Shown here in pieces: positions 8,839 through 18,246 of a stretch of 38,926 nucleotides of DNA. Location of the stretch: the NCBI GenBank assembly GCA_946184195.1, contig CAMHEP010000001.1:1-38926 (forward strand). The letters are read 5' to 3'. Every line of letters begins with the position of its first letter. Position 1 is the stretch's first letter. The notes under the pieces are model-generated. The model was not told the DNA's origin. It ran no database searches and saw only the letters and a program-made list of their open reading frames with translations. Origin of the DNA: an uncultured Bacteroidales bacterium (GTDB taxonomy: Bacteria; Bacteroidota; Bacteroidia; Bacteroidales; Paludibacteraceae). The position numbers were made by a program, and so were the translations under genes.

Positions 8839-10080
8839 ATGCGTTTCATCAAAACCGACCATATAGACAAAACGTTCTGGGGACTATTCTTCGCCCTGAT
8901 AGCTGTTGCTATCATTGCGCTCTTCTCCGCGGGCAGTACACTCGTGTATGAGAAGCAGTCCGCCTTAGGTCCTATCGGTCAACAAATGCTCTTCATCGCC
9001 ATCGGTGTGGCAGTGGCGTACGGAATACAGTTCCTACCCAGTTGGCTGATACGTCTGGGAGGATACGCAGCTTTAGCGCTATCGGTACTATTACTCTATA
9101 TCATGCTTGTGCCCGGAAACCCCTTCGTGGTCACCATCAACGGAGCCAGTCGATGGATGCGCATTGCCGGTATCACCTTCCAACCCTCCGAGATAGCCAA
9201 ACTATCCCTCATCATCGTTGTGGCAGATTTGTTAGCCCGCATACAGACAGAGGAAGATAAGAAAAAATACTTCTACTGGACATTAGGCATCACCGCCGTG
9301 ACCGTCTTCCCCATCCTGACAGGTAACCTGTCCACAGCGGTATTGTTATCAGGTATCGTTTTTATCCTATGGGTACTGGCACGTATTCCATGGAAATATC
9401 TTGCCGGTGTAGTAGGCATAGCTGTCGTAGCTTTGGTTTTAGGCTATTGTATCGTGGAGTTCGCTTTTGTGCGCCCCCACAGGAAGATGGGCGGTCCACT
9501 GGCACGTGCCGTGACATGGGTGAGTCGTGTGGACGACATGGTGGCAGAGCATCAAAGTAGTAACACCACCTTCGAGCTCAACGACGATAATTACCAGCGT
9601 TCCATCGCCAAAGTAGCCATTGCCCGGGGAGGTAAGTCTCCGCTTGGTGTTCTGCCGGGGAATAGCAAGGAGCGCGATTTCCTGCCCTTGGCATTTGCAG
9701 ACTATATCTTCGCGATTATTGTGGAGGAATCGGGCATCATAGGAGCCATACTGCTTATCGCTATCTACCTGGCCATACTATTCCGTGCCTGCTGGACCAG
9801 TACACGGTTCAACGACTATGCGGCCTTACTCATGGTGATGGGACTGGCACTCATGATTACATGCCAAGCACTGATATCTATGATGGTGGCAGTCGGCATA
9901 GGTCCTGTCACAGGGCAACCCTTACCAATGATATCTCGCGGAGGAACGAGTGCTATTATTACCAGTGTGTATTTCGGTATCATGATGTGCGTGAGTAGGG
10001 AACAGAACATGCTCGCTGCCCGTCAGGACGCCACACGGGAGGCTTCGATGAACGACGTACCAGACATCGAACTGGAATAA
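8839..10080 (+). CDS. ftsW: SEDS-family peptidoglycan polymerase FtsW
   Basis: 413-aa multi-TM protein with FtsW/RodA-type segments (QPSEIAKL, PMISRGGTS). Sits between murD and murG. Confidence 0.88.
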   Translation: MRFIKTDHIDKTFWGLFFALIAVAIIALFSAGSTLVYEKQSALGPIGQQMLFIAIGVAVAYGIQFLPSWLIRLGGYAALALSVLLLYIMLVPGNPFVVTINGASRWMRIAGITFQPSEIAKLSLIIVVADLLARIQTEEDKKKYFYWTLGITAVTVFPILTGNLSTAVLLSGIVFILWVLARIPWKYLAGVVGIAVVALVLGYCIVEFAFVRPHRKMGGPLARAVTWVSRVDDMVAEHQSSNTTFELNDDNYQRSIAKVAIARGGKSPLGVLPGNSKERDFLPLAFADYIFAIIVEESGIIGAILLIAIYLAILFRACWTSTRFNDYAALLMVMGLALMITCQALISMMVAVGIGPVTGQPLPMISRGGTSAIITSVYFGIMMCVSREQNMLAARQDATREASMNDVPDIELE

Positions 10081-10094
10081 TCCACACTACATCT

Positions 10095-10138
10095 ATACAT
10101 CATTTAGCTCGCGAACGCGAGCGGCTAAATACATCATT
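10095..10138. repeat. 10-nt direct repeats flanking a small palindrome in the ftsW-murG spacer
   Basis: ATACATCATT occurs at 10095-10104 and again at 10129-10138. Between them is TAGCTCGCGAACGCGAGCGGCTA, which forms stems ATTTAGC/GCTAAAT and TCGCG/CGCGA (10102-10130). Confidence 0.7.
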
Positions 10139-10140
10139 CT

Positions 10141-11241
10141 ATGAGATATCTTATTTCCGGAGGGGGAACCGGTGGACATATCTTCCCCGCAGTGAGTATC
10201 GCCAATGCACTCAAGGAGTTACAGCCCGATGCGGACATCCTATTTGTCGGCGCACAAGGCCGCATGGAGATGACCCGTGTACCTGAAGCAGGTTACCGTA
10301 TCATAGGTTTGCCCGTACGCGGATTCAACCGTGCTCAACCATGGAAGAACGTGAGTGTTCTCATCGACCTCATGCGCTCCATGTGGCAAGCACGCAGCAT
10401 CGTCAAGGACTTCCGTCCCGATGCCGCTGTCGGCGTAGGAGGTTACGCCAGCGGTGCTGCCATGAAAGTAGCAGCGAAGATGGGAATTCCCGTCATCCTG
10501 CAAGAACAGAATGGTTTTGCAGGTGTAACGAACAAACTGCTGAAAAACGATGCTGACTGTATATGCGTGGCGTACGAAGGTATGGAGCGTTTCTTCCCTA
10601 AGGACAAGATATTGCTTACCGGGAATCCTGTACGTCAGAACCTGACAAACGGAGATGCCAAACGGGCAGCGGACTTCTTCGGATTGGACGTAGCAAAAAC
10701 CACTCTGCTCATCATCGGAGGCAGTCTGGGTGCACGCACTATCAATGAGGCGATAATAGCCGGATTGCCGGAGATGGAGAAAGCCGGAATACAGGTTATT
10801 TGGCAAACAGGAAAGACCTATTACGACAAATGTAAAGCCGAAGCGGATAAGTATGGCAGTTGGCTGGTATGTCGTGATTTCCTTAGTAACATGCCGGACG
10901 TGTATGCCTTGGCATCGCTTGTCATCTCGCGTGCCGGAGCGTCATCCATCAGCGAGCTGTGTCTACTGGGCAAAGCCGCCATACTCGTGCCCTCACCCAA
11001 CGTGGCTGAGGACCACCAGACACACAACGCCATGGCACTCGTGCGCAAAGACGCAGCCGTATTGGTGAAGGATGCGGACGCCAAGGAGCAGCTTATAAAA
11101 ACAGCGCTGCAACTACTCGGCGATAAGCCGCAGCTGCAGACGCTGGAAACAAATATACTCACTCTGGCTCAACGCGATAGCGCTAAGCGTATTGCGGAGC
11201 AAGTGATTAAGATAGCGCAGCGAGGTTCTTCTCGTTCGTGA
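10141..11241 (+). CDS. murG: UDP-GlcNAc:lipid I N-acetylglucosaminyltransferase MurG
   Basis: 366 aa. N-terminal SGGGTGGHIFPA motif and C-terminal glycosyltransferase half (ISRAGASSISEL). Confidence 0.93.
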   Translation: MRYLISGGGTGGHIFPAVSIANALKELQPDADILFVGAQGRMEMTRVPEAGYRIIGLPVRGFNRAQPWKNVSVLIDLMRSMWQARSIVKDFRPDAAVGVGGYASGAAMKVAAKMGIPVILQEQNGFAGVTNKLLKNDADCICVAYEGMERFFPKDKILLTGNPVRQNLTNGDAKRAADFFGLDVAKTTLLIIGGSLGARTINEAIIAGLPEMEKAGIQVIWQTGKTYYDKCKAEADKYGSWLVCRDFLSNMPDVYALASLVISRAGASSISELCLLGKAAILVPSPNVAEDHQTHNAMALVRKDAAVLVKDADAKEQLIKTALQLLGDKPQLQTLETNILTLAQRDSAKRIAEQVIKIAQRGSSRS

Positions 11242-13132
11242 GTTCCTTGCCTTCAGCCGTATAGGCATAGTCAATACGGTCTTGGAAGTAAGTCTCGACT
11301 TTCCCGCGCACCACTTTCATCGTGGAATTAACCAGGTGGTTCTGTTCGGTCCATGCCTCCGGCAGAACCGCCACTGCTTTAGGTAGCCACTGCTCAGGGA
11401 AGATACCCTCCCGTTTGCCTCCGGGACGATACGAGTCTATCTCACTCTGTATCTTCATCAACATACATTCCTTGCCTTCACGAGTAGCCGGATCTTTACC
11501 TTGCTGCTTTGCCCAATCCTGCAAAGCCTCCTTGTTAGGTACCATCAGCAGAATGGTATATGGGTCTTGATTGTTATGCAAGATACACTGGTCTACGTAG
11601 ATACTACCATCGGTGAGCGAGTCCTCAAAGCCTTCCGGACTATATTTCTCGCCATCAGCACTGATGAGCAGAGACTTGAATCGTCCTACTACCCAGAGGT
11701 ATCCCGGATGTTTGCTCGTGACATATCCCATATCTCCCGTATGCAGCCATCCGTCTACGATAGTATTGGCAGTGCTCTCCGGGTTCTTCCAATAGCCTGC
11801 CATCACATTCTCTCCCTTGATAACAATCTCGCCGCGCTCCCCGTCAGGAACGATATTACCCTCACTATCGCATATCTTCAGTTCCATGGGTTTGACAATA
11901 CGCCCGCTGGAGCCGAAGATAGCTCCATCCATTGAGTTGGAGCAGATGATAGGTGTCGCCTCACTCAGACCATAGCCTTGGAACATAGGCATACCTACAG
12001 CGCAGAAATAGCGCTGCAAAGCAATATCCAGTAGAGCTCCGCCCCCCACAAAGAAACGCATACGGCCACCGAAGTTCTCCCTGACAGCCTTGAAGATGAG
12101 CCGGTCGAAAAGTTTCATCAACGGCCAACGCCACCAGTTCTTCCACCCGCCGCGATTCCAGTATTCGCGGTTATAAGCAATAGCATTATTGAGGGCAAAG
12201 GTATAGAGTTTCTCAACCGTAGGTCCTTTGGCATGGATAGCAGTCTCTATGCTCTTGCGGAAATTACGGGCAAGAGCAGGCACAGAGAGCATGACATGCG
12301 GGCGCACCTCGCGAATGGCAATAGGTATATTCTTGAGCGTTGCCATAGCGGTCTTTCCTACCGGAACAGTGGCGATACTGCCGCCATACGACATCATTGT
12401 GTAGAAACCTGCCACGTGAGCGAAGCAGTGGTCCAAAGGAAGAATTATCAGCATCACATCGTCCAGTTCGCAATGGATAACCGAACTACCCTGCTCCACG
12501 TTGGCGGTATAGTTGCGGTGGGTGAGCAATATACCTTTGGGATCAGCAGTCGTTCCGCTGGTATAAGATATGTTCGCATAGTCATCCGGACCGATACTTT
12601 CATATCGTGCCTTAAAGGCGGAAGCGTCCTTCCTAAGGAGCACATCGCCCATCTCCATCACTTTATCAATACCTATTTCCTTCTCCTCGTAGGAGGGCAA
12701 CGCATCAAAGACGATGACACGCTCCACCTTGGGACAGTCTGCCAATATTTTTCTAATCTTAGGTAGTTGTTGCGCAGAGGTCATGATGAAACGGGCGTCT
12801 GAGTGTTGAATACGGAAGAGCAGGTCACTCGCCTCCTCTAACTTAATACTCAGCGGCACATTCACGCCGCCGGCATAGAGAATACCCAATTCACCGGTCA
12901 CCCAGAGGTTACGTCCTTGGCTAAGCAGTGCCACACGCTCCCCTTTGTTCAGTCCTAATGCCATCATACCGGCTCCTATGCGATGGGCTATATCGCGCGT
13001 CTCGCGGAAAGTAGTCTCTGTCCACACATCGTCTATCTTCTCACGAAGAAAGACATGCTCACTAAACTTGTGGGTATAATACTCCACAAAATCAATAATG
13101 GTTGGCTTCTCTTTCATTGATTCTATATTCAT
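11207..13132 (-). CDS. AMP-dependent (long-chain) acyl-CoA synthetase/ligase
   Basis: 641 aa. AMP-binding signature YTSGTTADPKGILLTH and later GWLHTGDMG. The 3-prime end overlaps the murG 3-prime end by 35 nt. Confidence 0.85.
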   Translation of the reverse strand: MNIESMKEKPTIIDFVEYYTHKFSEHVFLREKIDDVWTETTFRETRDIAHRIGAGMMALGLNKGERVALLSQGRNLWVTGELGILYAGGVNVPLSIKLEEASDLLFRIQHSDARFIMTSAQQLPKIRKILADCPKVERVIVFDALPSYEEKEIGIDKVMEMGDVLLRKDASAFKARYESIGPDDYANISYTSGTTADPKGILLTHRNYTANVEQGSSVIHCELDDVMLIILPLDHCFAHVAGFYTMMSYGGSIATVPVGKTAMATLKNIPIAIREVRPHVMLSVPALARNFRKSIETAIHAKGPTVEKLYTFALNNAIAYNREYWNRGGWKNWWRWPLMKLFDRLIFKAVRENFGGRMRFFVGGGALLDIALQRYFCAVGMPMFQGYGLSEATPIICSNSMDGAIFGSSGRIVKPMELKICDSEGNIVPDGERGEIVIKGENVMAGYWKNPESTANTIVDGWLHTGDMGYVTSKHPGYLWVVGRFKSLLISADGEKYSPEGFEDSLTDGSIYVDQCILHNNQDPYTILLMVPNKEALQDWAKQQGKDPATREGKECMLMKIQSEIDSYRPGGKREGIFPEQWLPKAVAVLPEAWTEQNHLVNSTMKVVRGKVETYFQDRIDYAYTAEGKELTNEKNLAALS

Positions 13133-13177
13133 AAAGTCGTATCTATGGTTTGTTAAAAATTAGTATCTGCTTTCCTG

Positions 13178-14170
13178 TTAGAATCGCTCTAAGGTCTGCG
13201 TTAGTTCGTCGAAGGTCTTTGCCTTAGCCTGACTCCGTACTTCTTCTATTTGCCGGTTGACCGCCTCGTCATAGGTCTCTTCCTCCACAGCGCGGATAAC
13301 ACCTAAGGCTACCGGTAGTCCTGCCTCACCATCCATTAAGGCAAGCATACGATGCAAGGTCGGGTCTTTCTCCCGAGCGTTATGCACCAACACCCGCTCA
13401 TCGTCCGCCGCAACAACCGTTAGACGGGGTATCACACCCGATGAATAGTCCAGCGCCAAGCCTTTCTCTTTATCCTTACCAAAGAGCATCTTCTCGCCAT
13501 GACGGAGGATGATAGTGCGGTCAGCACGCGTCTCGCGGTCAGCTATCAGGCTATGGGCACCGTTATTAAAGATTACACAGTTAACCAGGCACTCTACCAC
13601 CGCTGCCCCTTTATGCTTAGCTGCCGCTACCATACAGTCAACACTGGTCGGCATGTCCACGTCCAAAGTACGCGCAAAGAACGTGCCACGAGCACCCAAC
13701 ACTAACTCAGCCGGGATAAAGGGACGCTCCACCGTGCCATATGGACTGGACTTACTCACAAAACCCTTCGGACTCGTAGGAGAATACTGTCCCTTAGTCA
13801 GGCCGTAAATGCGGTTATTAAACAAACATATATTTAGGTTCACATTCCTACGTATCTCGTGTATGAAATGATTTCCACCGATAGCTAAACAGTCGCCATC
13901 GCCCGACATCTGCCATACGGTCAGCTCCGGATGACTCGTCTTAACACCCGTTGCGATAGCTCCGCCACGACCATGTATCGTATTGAAACCATAAGTTGCC
14001 AGATAGTGAGGCATACGGCTGGAACAGCCGATACCGGAAATGACTGCAGTCTGATGAGTAGGTATACCCAGCGAAGCCATTGCCTTGGTGAGTGCCATCA
14101 AGATGGCGTGGTCTCCGCAACCCGGGCAGAATCGTACATATTGGTCGGATTTATATTGTTGTGCTTCCAT
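13178..14170 (-). CDS. korB: 2-oxoacid (2-oxoglutarate):ferredoxin oxidoreductase, beta subunit
   Basis: 330 aa. N-terminal Cys cluster region FCPGCGDH and TPP-binding SGDGDCLAIGGNH. Directly downstream of the alpha subunit. Confidence 0.88.
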   Translation of the reverse strand: MEAQQYKSDQYVRFCPGCGDHAILMALTKAMASLGIPTHQTAVISGIGCSSRMPHYLATYGFNTIHGRGGAIATGVKTSHPELTVWQMSGDGDCLAIGGNHFIHEIRRNVNLNICLFNNRIYGLTKGQYSPTSPKGFVSKSSPYGTVERPFIPAELVLGARGTFFARTLDVDMPTSVDCMVAAAKHKGAAVVECLVNCVIFNNGAHSLIADRETRADRTIILRHGEKMLFGKDKEKGLALDYSSGVIPRLTVVAADDERVLVHNAREKDPTLHRMLALMDGEAGLPVALGVIRAVEEETYDEAVNRQIEEVRSQAKAKTFDELTQTLERF

Positions 14171-14175
14171 CGTGC

Positions 14176-16032
14176 TTAACGTATTAATTGTTCAACGATA
14201 TGTTCTACTTGGAACGGCTGTCCGGACACTGCATTCACCTGTTCCAACTTCAAACCGGGGATATGGGCGCGTAGCACGGCTGCGAACTGCCCGCTGTTAA
14301 GCTCGCATACTATCACACGCTTATAGCGTCCCAGTACCTCTGCGGTATTCCTTGGAAGCGGGTTGATATAGTTGAAGCAGACTGCGGCACATCCCACCTC
14401 ATCGGCTGCCGCTAACAGGTGTCCTCGGGTGGAACCCCAACCTACCAGCAGGGTGTCGCTGTGCTCATTGCCCTCCACATGGAGCAAAGGCAACTCATCC
14501 GCTATACGGGCTATCTTACTCTGACGAGCCTGTACCATCAACTGATGATTCTCCGGATTGGTAGATATAGTTCCGCGTTCACTGTCACGCTCCAACCCCA
14601 TGTTCCTATGTTCATAGCCCTCCATGCCGGGGTACGCCCAATAGCGCACACCACGTTCGTCTCGCAAAGCAGGGTTATAGTGTCCCTTCATCTCCGACGG
14701 CACTCCCTGCGGGTGAATAGCCGGTAACTCCGCTAATGTCGGGATACGCCATAGCGATGTGCCGTTAGCCAAATAGGTGTCACTCAGTAGGAGGACGGGG
14801 GTCATGTGCTCCAACGCCAAGCGACATGCCTCGTAAGCATAGTGGAAACAGTCTGCCGGTGTCGAGGCCGCCAATACAACCGCCGGACACTCACCGTTTC
14901 TGCCATACATAGCTTGCAAGAGGTCAGTCTGCTCCGTCTTAGTAGGTAAACCGGTCGACGGACCACCACGCTGCACATCGATGACCACCAAAGGCAACTC
15001 AGCCATCACTGCCAGACCGATAGCCTCGCCCTTGAGCGATAGGCCCGGACCCGAGGTAGAGGTACATGCCAAATCGCCGGCAAAGGAGGCTCCGATTGCT
15101 GTACATACACCGGCAATCTCATCCTCCGCCTGCACGACCATAACACCCATATCTTTGCGAGCTGCCAACTCGTGCATGATATCCGTGGCAGGAGTGATAG
15201 GATATGAACCCAGGAAAAGACGCTTACCCGCATTCTCCGCCGCGGCTATCAATCCCCATGCCGTCGCTTTATTGCCGGCAATGGAGGTCATGTGCCCTTT
15301 AGCGGACTCTGCTTCCTGACAGGTGGTCAAACGTATCCGATTCACTGTCAAAGCAAGGTTCTGACCATAATGATAACCATCTGTTAAGACCTTCACGTTG
15401 GGAGCAATGAGTTGTGGTTTCTTCTTGAACTTACCCTCCAGGAAATGTACAGCCTTATCTATCGGACGGTCAAAAAGCCAACACACCAACCCCAAAGCAA
15501 ACATATTACGGGACTTGAGAATAGCTTTCATGTCCATCCCCGACTCGCTAAGCGACTCCTTCGTCATCTGCGTCAACCGCACCGGTACCACCTGAATAGT
15601 CTCAGGCAATCCTAACTCGGTAAAGGGATTGTCAGTCTTATAGAGCGCTTTCTCAAGGTCTTTCTCACTCAACGCATCCATATCCACGATGATAACGGCA
15701 TCGCGCTTCAACATCGAGACACCTGCGTCATAACGCGCTCCGGGAACAGCAAAGGCAGACCCCAACACACACACCTTAAGCGCAGCAGCGTTCATCGCTA
15801 CCAGCACATCCGCCTTGTCACCGGGAGTATGTACTCCCTGACCCAAGTTCACCTGAAAACCACTCACACCGCTCAGCGTACCCTGCGGTGCACGTATCTC
15901 TGCGGGAAAATCCGGTAAGGTAGATATCTCGTCCCCTAAGATGGCACTGAGCGAAGCAAACATATTACCCGTGAGCTGCATGCCATCACCCGAATCTCCA
16001 CAGAATCGTACTACGATATTTTGTCTTTCCAT
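14176..16032 (-). CDS. korA: 2-oxoacid (2-oxoglutarate):ferredoxin oxidoreductase, alpha subunit (gamma-alpha fusion type)
   Basis: 618 aa. N-terminal gamma-like module (RFCGDSGDGMQLTG) followed by an alpha-type module (GSYPITPATDI, VQAEDEIAG). Paired with the beta subunit 5 nt downstream. Confidence 0.88.
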   Translation of the reverse strand: MERQNIVVRFCGDSGDGMQLTGNMFASLSAILGDEISTLPDFPAEIRAPQGTLSGVSGFQVNLGQGVHTPGDKADVLVAMNAAALKVCVLGSAFAVPGARYDAGVSMLKRDAVIIVDMDALSEKDLEKALYKTDNPFTELGLPETIQVVPVRLTQMTKESLSESGMDMKAILKSRNMFALGLVCWLFDRPIDKAVHFLEGKFKKKPQLIAPNVKVLTDGYHYGQNLALTVNRIRLTTCQEAESAKGHMTSIAGNKATAWGLIAAAENAGKRLFLGSYPITPATDIMHELAARKDMGVMVVQAEDEIAGVCTAIGASFAGDLACTSTSGPGLSLKGEAIGLAVMAELPLVVIDVQRGGPSTGLPTKTEQTDLLQAMYGRNGECPAVVLAASTPADCFHYAYEACRLALEHMTPVLLLSDTYLANGTSLWRIPTLAELPAIHPQGVPSEMKGHYNPALRDERGVRYWAYPGMEGYEHRNMGLERDSERGTISTNPENHQLMVQARQSKIARIADELPLLHVEGNEHSDTLLVGWGSTRGHLLAAADEVGCAAVCFNYINPLPRNTAEVLGRYKRVIVCELNSGQFAAVLRAHIPGLKLEQVNAVSGQPFQVEHIVEQLIR

Positions 16033-16060
16033 GATATATATATGATATATTACGTATTTT

Positions 16061-16744
16061 TCACTCCTCCGTCTTGACTTTCAATAGTTCCTGAGGCCTA
16101 TCAATTATCGTCTGTATCTCTGCGTTTGCCAATACATCGCGTGATACGAACCCCCATGAGCAGGCGACGAAGGGCACACATGCATTACGCGCCGTATCTC
16201 TGTCTACCAAACTGTCTCCCACGTAAAGCGACGCACACTCACCTACCACACCCTCTATGTCCCTCACTATTTGTTCATCGGGTTTGCGTGGTACACCTAC
16301 ACGTTCACCTAACACAACATCGAACACATTTGGGAAAAAATGCCCCACTATCTTCTCCGTTGCCACCTGATATTTATTCGATGCCACAGCGAGACGATAA
16401 CCCCGCGACTTCAGTGTATCCAGCAATTCTGATATGCCGTCGTATGGTGTCGTGTAGTCGCAATTATGTTCATCATAGTAGGGGATAAAAACCTCTGCCA
16501 CACGATCCACCCACTGTTGCGTAGTGAGCATCTGACCTGCTGAATCAATCATCTCGCCTTGTTCACGACATACCTTAGGCAAGGCGCGCTCGATGAGCTT
16601 CTTCACCCCATTACCTACCAGCCGCGGATACTCTTCCCGCCTATGTGTCGGCAATCCGCATGCTGATAGCGCATGGTTGCAGGCCTCTCCCAAATCCGCT
16701 ATCGTATTGAGAAGGGTTCCGTCTAAATCAAAAATAACTAACAT
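16061..16744 (-). CDS. HAD-superfamily hydrolase, phosphoglycolate-phosphatase-like
   Basis: 227 aa. Motif I FDLDGTLLNT, motif II VASNK, motif IV YVGDSLVD. Confidence 0.8.
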   Translation of the reverse strand: MLVIFDLDGTLLNTIADLGEACNHALSACGLPTHRREEYPRLVGNGVKKLIERALPKVCREQGEMIDSAGQMLTTQQWVDRVAEVFIPYYDEHNCDYTTPYDGISELLDTLKSRGYRLAVASNKYQVATEKIVGHFFPNVFDVVLGERVGVPRKPDEQIVRDIEGVVGECASLYVGDSLVDRDTARNACVPFVACSWGFVSRDVLANAEIQTIIDRPQELLKVKTEE

Positions 16745-16787
16745 TTCACTCGTTGCTCACTTTTCATCATTTATCCAAAAAAGCATA

Positions 16788-16795
16788 CAAAGTTA
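16788..16795 (-). promoter_or_regulatory. -7 box TAACTTTG (minus strand) for the HAD-korAB-acyl-CoA ligase operon
   Basis: The plus-strand sequence caaagtta is the reverse complement of TAACTTTG. It lies 44 nt upstream of the HAD start at 16744. Confidence 0.5.
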
Positions 16796-16848
16796 CACTT
16801 TTTTTACGACGTATGCAAATTGTTCTTGCAGATATCCTAAAAAATCCG

Positions 16849-16856
16849 TATCTTTG
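16849..16856 (+). promoter_or_regulatory. -7 box TATCTTTG for the methyltransferase gene
   Basis: Exact TAnnTTTG match 47 nt upstream of the ATG at 16903. Confidence 0.5.
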
Positions 16857-16902
16857 CACACTTTTTCCTCGGCAGATATGCTTGTAAGGACAATCAGTAA
16901 CT

Positions 16903-18246
16903 ATGCTACCTCTGGATTTTATCGATAGTATGCGGCAGCAACTCGGCAGTGAAGCCGAGCAGCTCTTTCAGGCTCTGGAGACGGAGCCTGTGACGAGTAT
17001 TCGCCTCAATGACAAGCTCGACGTACTGACTTTCGATAACGACACGGACGAGGTGCCGTGGCACCTGGACGGCTACTACTTGAACGGCGAGCGTCCCCAA
17101 TTCACACTCGACCCGCTCATGCATGCCGGAGCATACTATGTGCAGGAGGCGAGTTCGATGTTCCTCGAGCAGGTGTTGGAAAACTATCTCCCCGTCGATA
17201 GTGTGGTGTTGGACCTATGTGCTGCACCGGGTGGTAAGAGTACCCTCATCAGTCAGTATTTAGGGAAAGAGGGCTTGCTCATTAGCAATGAGGTCAATCG
17301 GCAGCGCGTCTTTATCCTCTCGGAGAACATCCAGAAATGGGGGAACGGCAACACCGTAGTGACCCATAACGACGCTGCCACTTTCGGCGAACGATGCGCG
17401 AACCTTTTCGATTGTGTGGTGGTGGATGCTCCCTGTTCGGGGGAGGGCATGTTCCGCAAAGATCATGCTTCCCGCGATGAATGGAGTCTCAAGAATGTGA
17501 AAACGTGCGCGGAGCGACAGCGCAGTATACTCATGGACGTCTGGGACGCGTTGAAGCCCGGAGGATTGCTCATATACTCTACATGCACCTTCAATACTCA
17601 GGAGAACGAGGAGAATGTATTATGGATAGCCGAATGTCTGGGAGCGGAGATATTACCTGTACCTCACGACCCGACATGGAATATTACCGAAGGACAACCC
17701 GGCTATCATTTCTTCCCGCACAAGACGCGTGGTGAAGGTTTCTATATTTGTGTGCTACGCAAGAACGAGGAGCCGTTTGCGCCCTTCAAAGTCAAAGAGG
17801 GCAAGATAAAAGCTCATACTGCTCAACCCGACTATGCCACACAGGTGAAACAATGGTTGATGCATCCCGAAGAGTGGGCACTAAGGCAGAACGACCGTTT
17901 CATGACTGCCTATCCTATGCGTCACAAGACACTCATCGATTACTTGAGCACACAACTGACATGTATCTCTACCGGTTTCGGTATCGGCGAAGAGCGAGGC
18001 AGATACATCGCTCCGCAACATGCACTGAGTATGGCGAAGGATATCAAGAGAGAAGCCTTCCCCAATGTGGCGCTGGATAAAGAACAAGCGCTCCGATACT
18101 TGCGTACAGAAGCACTTATGCTTGACAACGTCCCTATGGGCAGCGTACTGCTCACTTACGAGGGTGTCGCCCTCGGTTTCGCGAAGAATGTCGGGAACCG
18201 CCTGAATAACCTTTACCCGAACGAGTGGCGGATTCGTCACTTGTGA
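16903..18246 (+). CDS. rRNA cytosine-C5 methyltransferase, NOL1/NOP2/Sun (RsmB/RsmF) family
   Basis: 447 aa. SAM motif DLCAAPGGKST, catalytic-Cys motifs DAPCSGEGMFRK and IYSTCTF, and a C-terminal PUA-like end (NRLNNLYPNEWRIR) as in RsmF-type enzymes. Confidence 0.85.
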   Translation: MLPLDFIDSMRQQLGSEAEQLFQALETEPVTSIRLNDKLDVLTFDNDTDEVPWHLDGYYLNGERPQFTLDPLMHAGAYYVQEASSMFLEQVLENYLPVDSVVLDLCAAPGGKSTLISQYLGKEGLLISNEVNRQRVFILSENIQKWGNGNTVVTHNDAATFGERCANLFDCVVVDAPCSGEGMFRKDHASRDEWSLKNVKTCAERQRSILMDVWDALKPGGLLIYSTCTFNTQENEENVLWIAECLGAEILPVPHDPTWNITEGQPGYHFFPHKTRGEGFYICVLRKNEEPFAPFKVKEGKIKAHTAQPDYATQVKQWLMHPEEWALRQNDRFMTAYPMRHKTLIDYLSTQLTCISTGFGIGEERGRYIAPQHALSMAKDIKREAFPNVALDKEQALRYLRTEALMLDNVPMGSVLLTYEGVALGFAKNVGNRLNNLYPNEWRIRHL

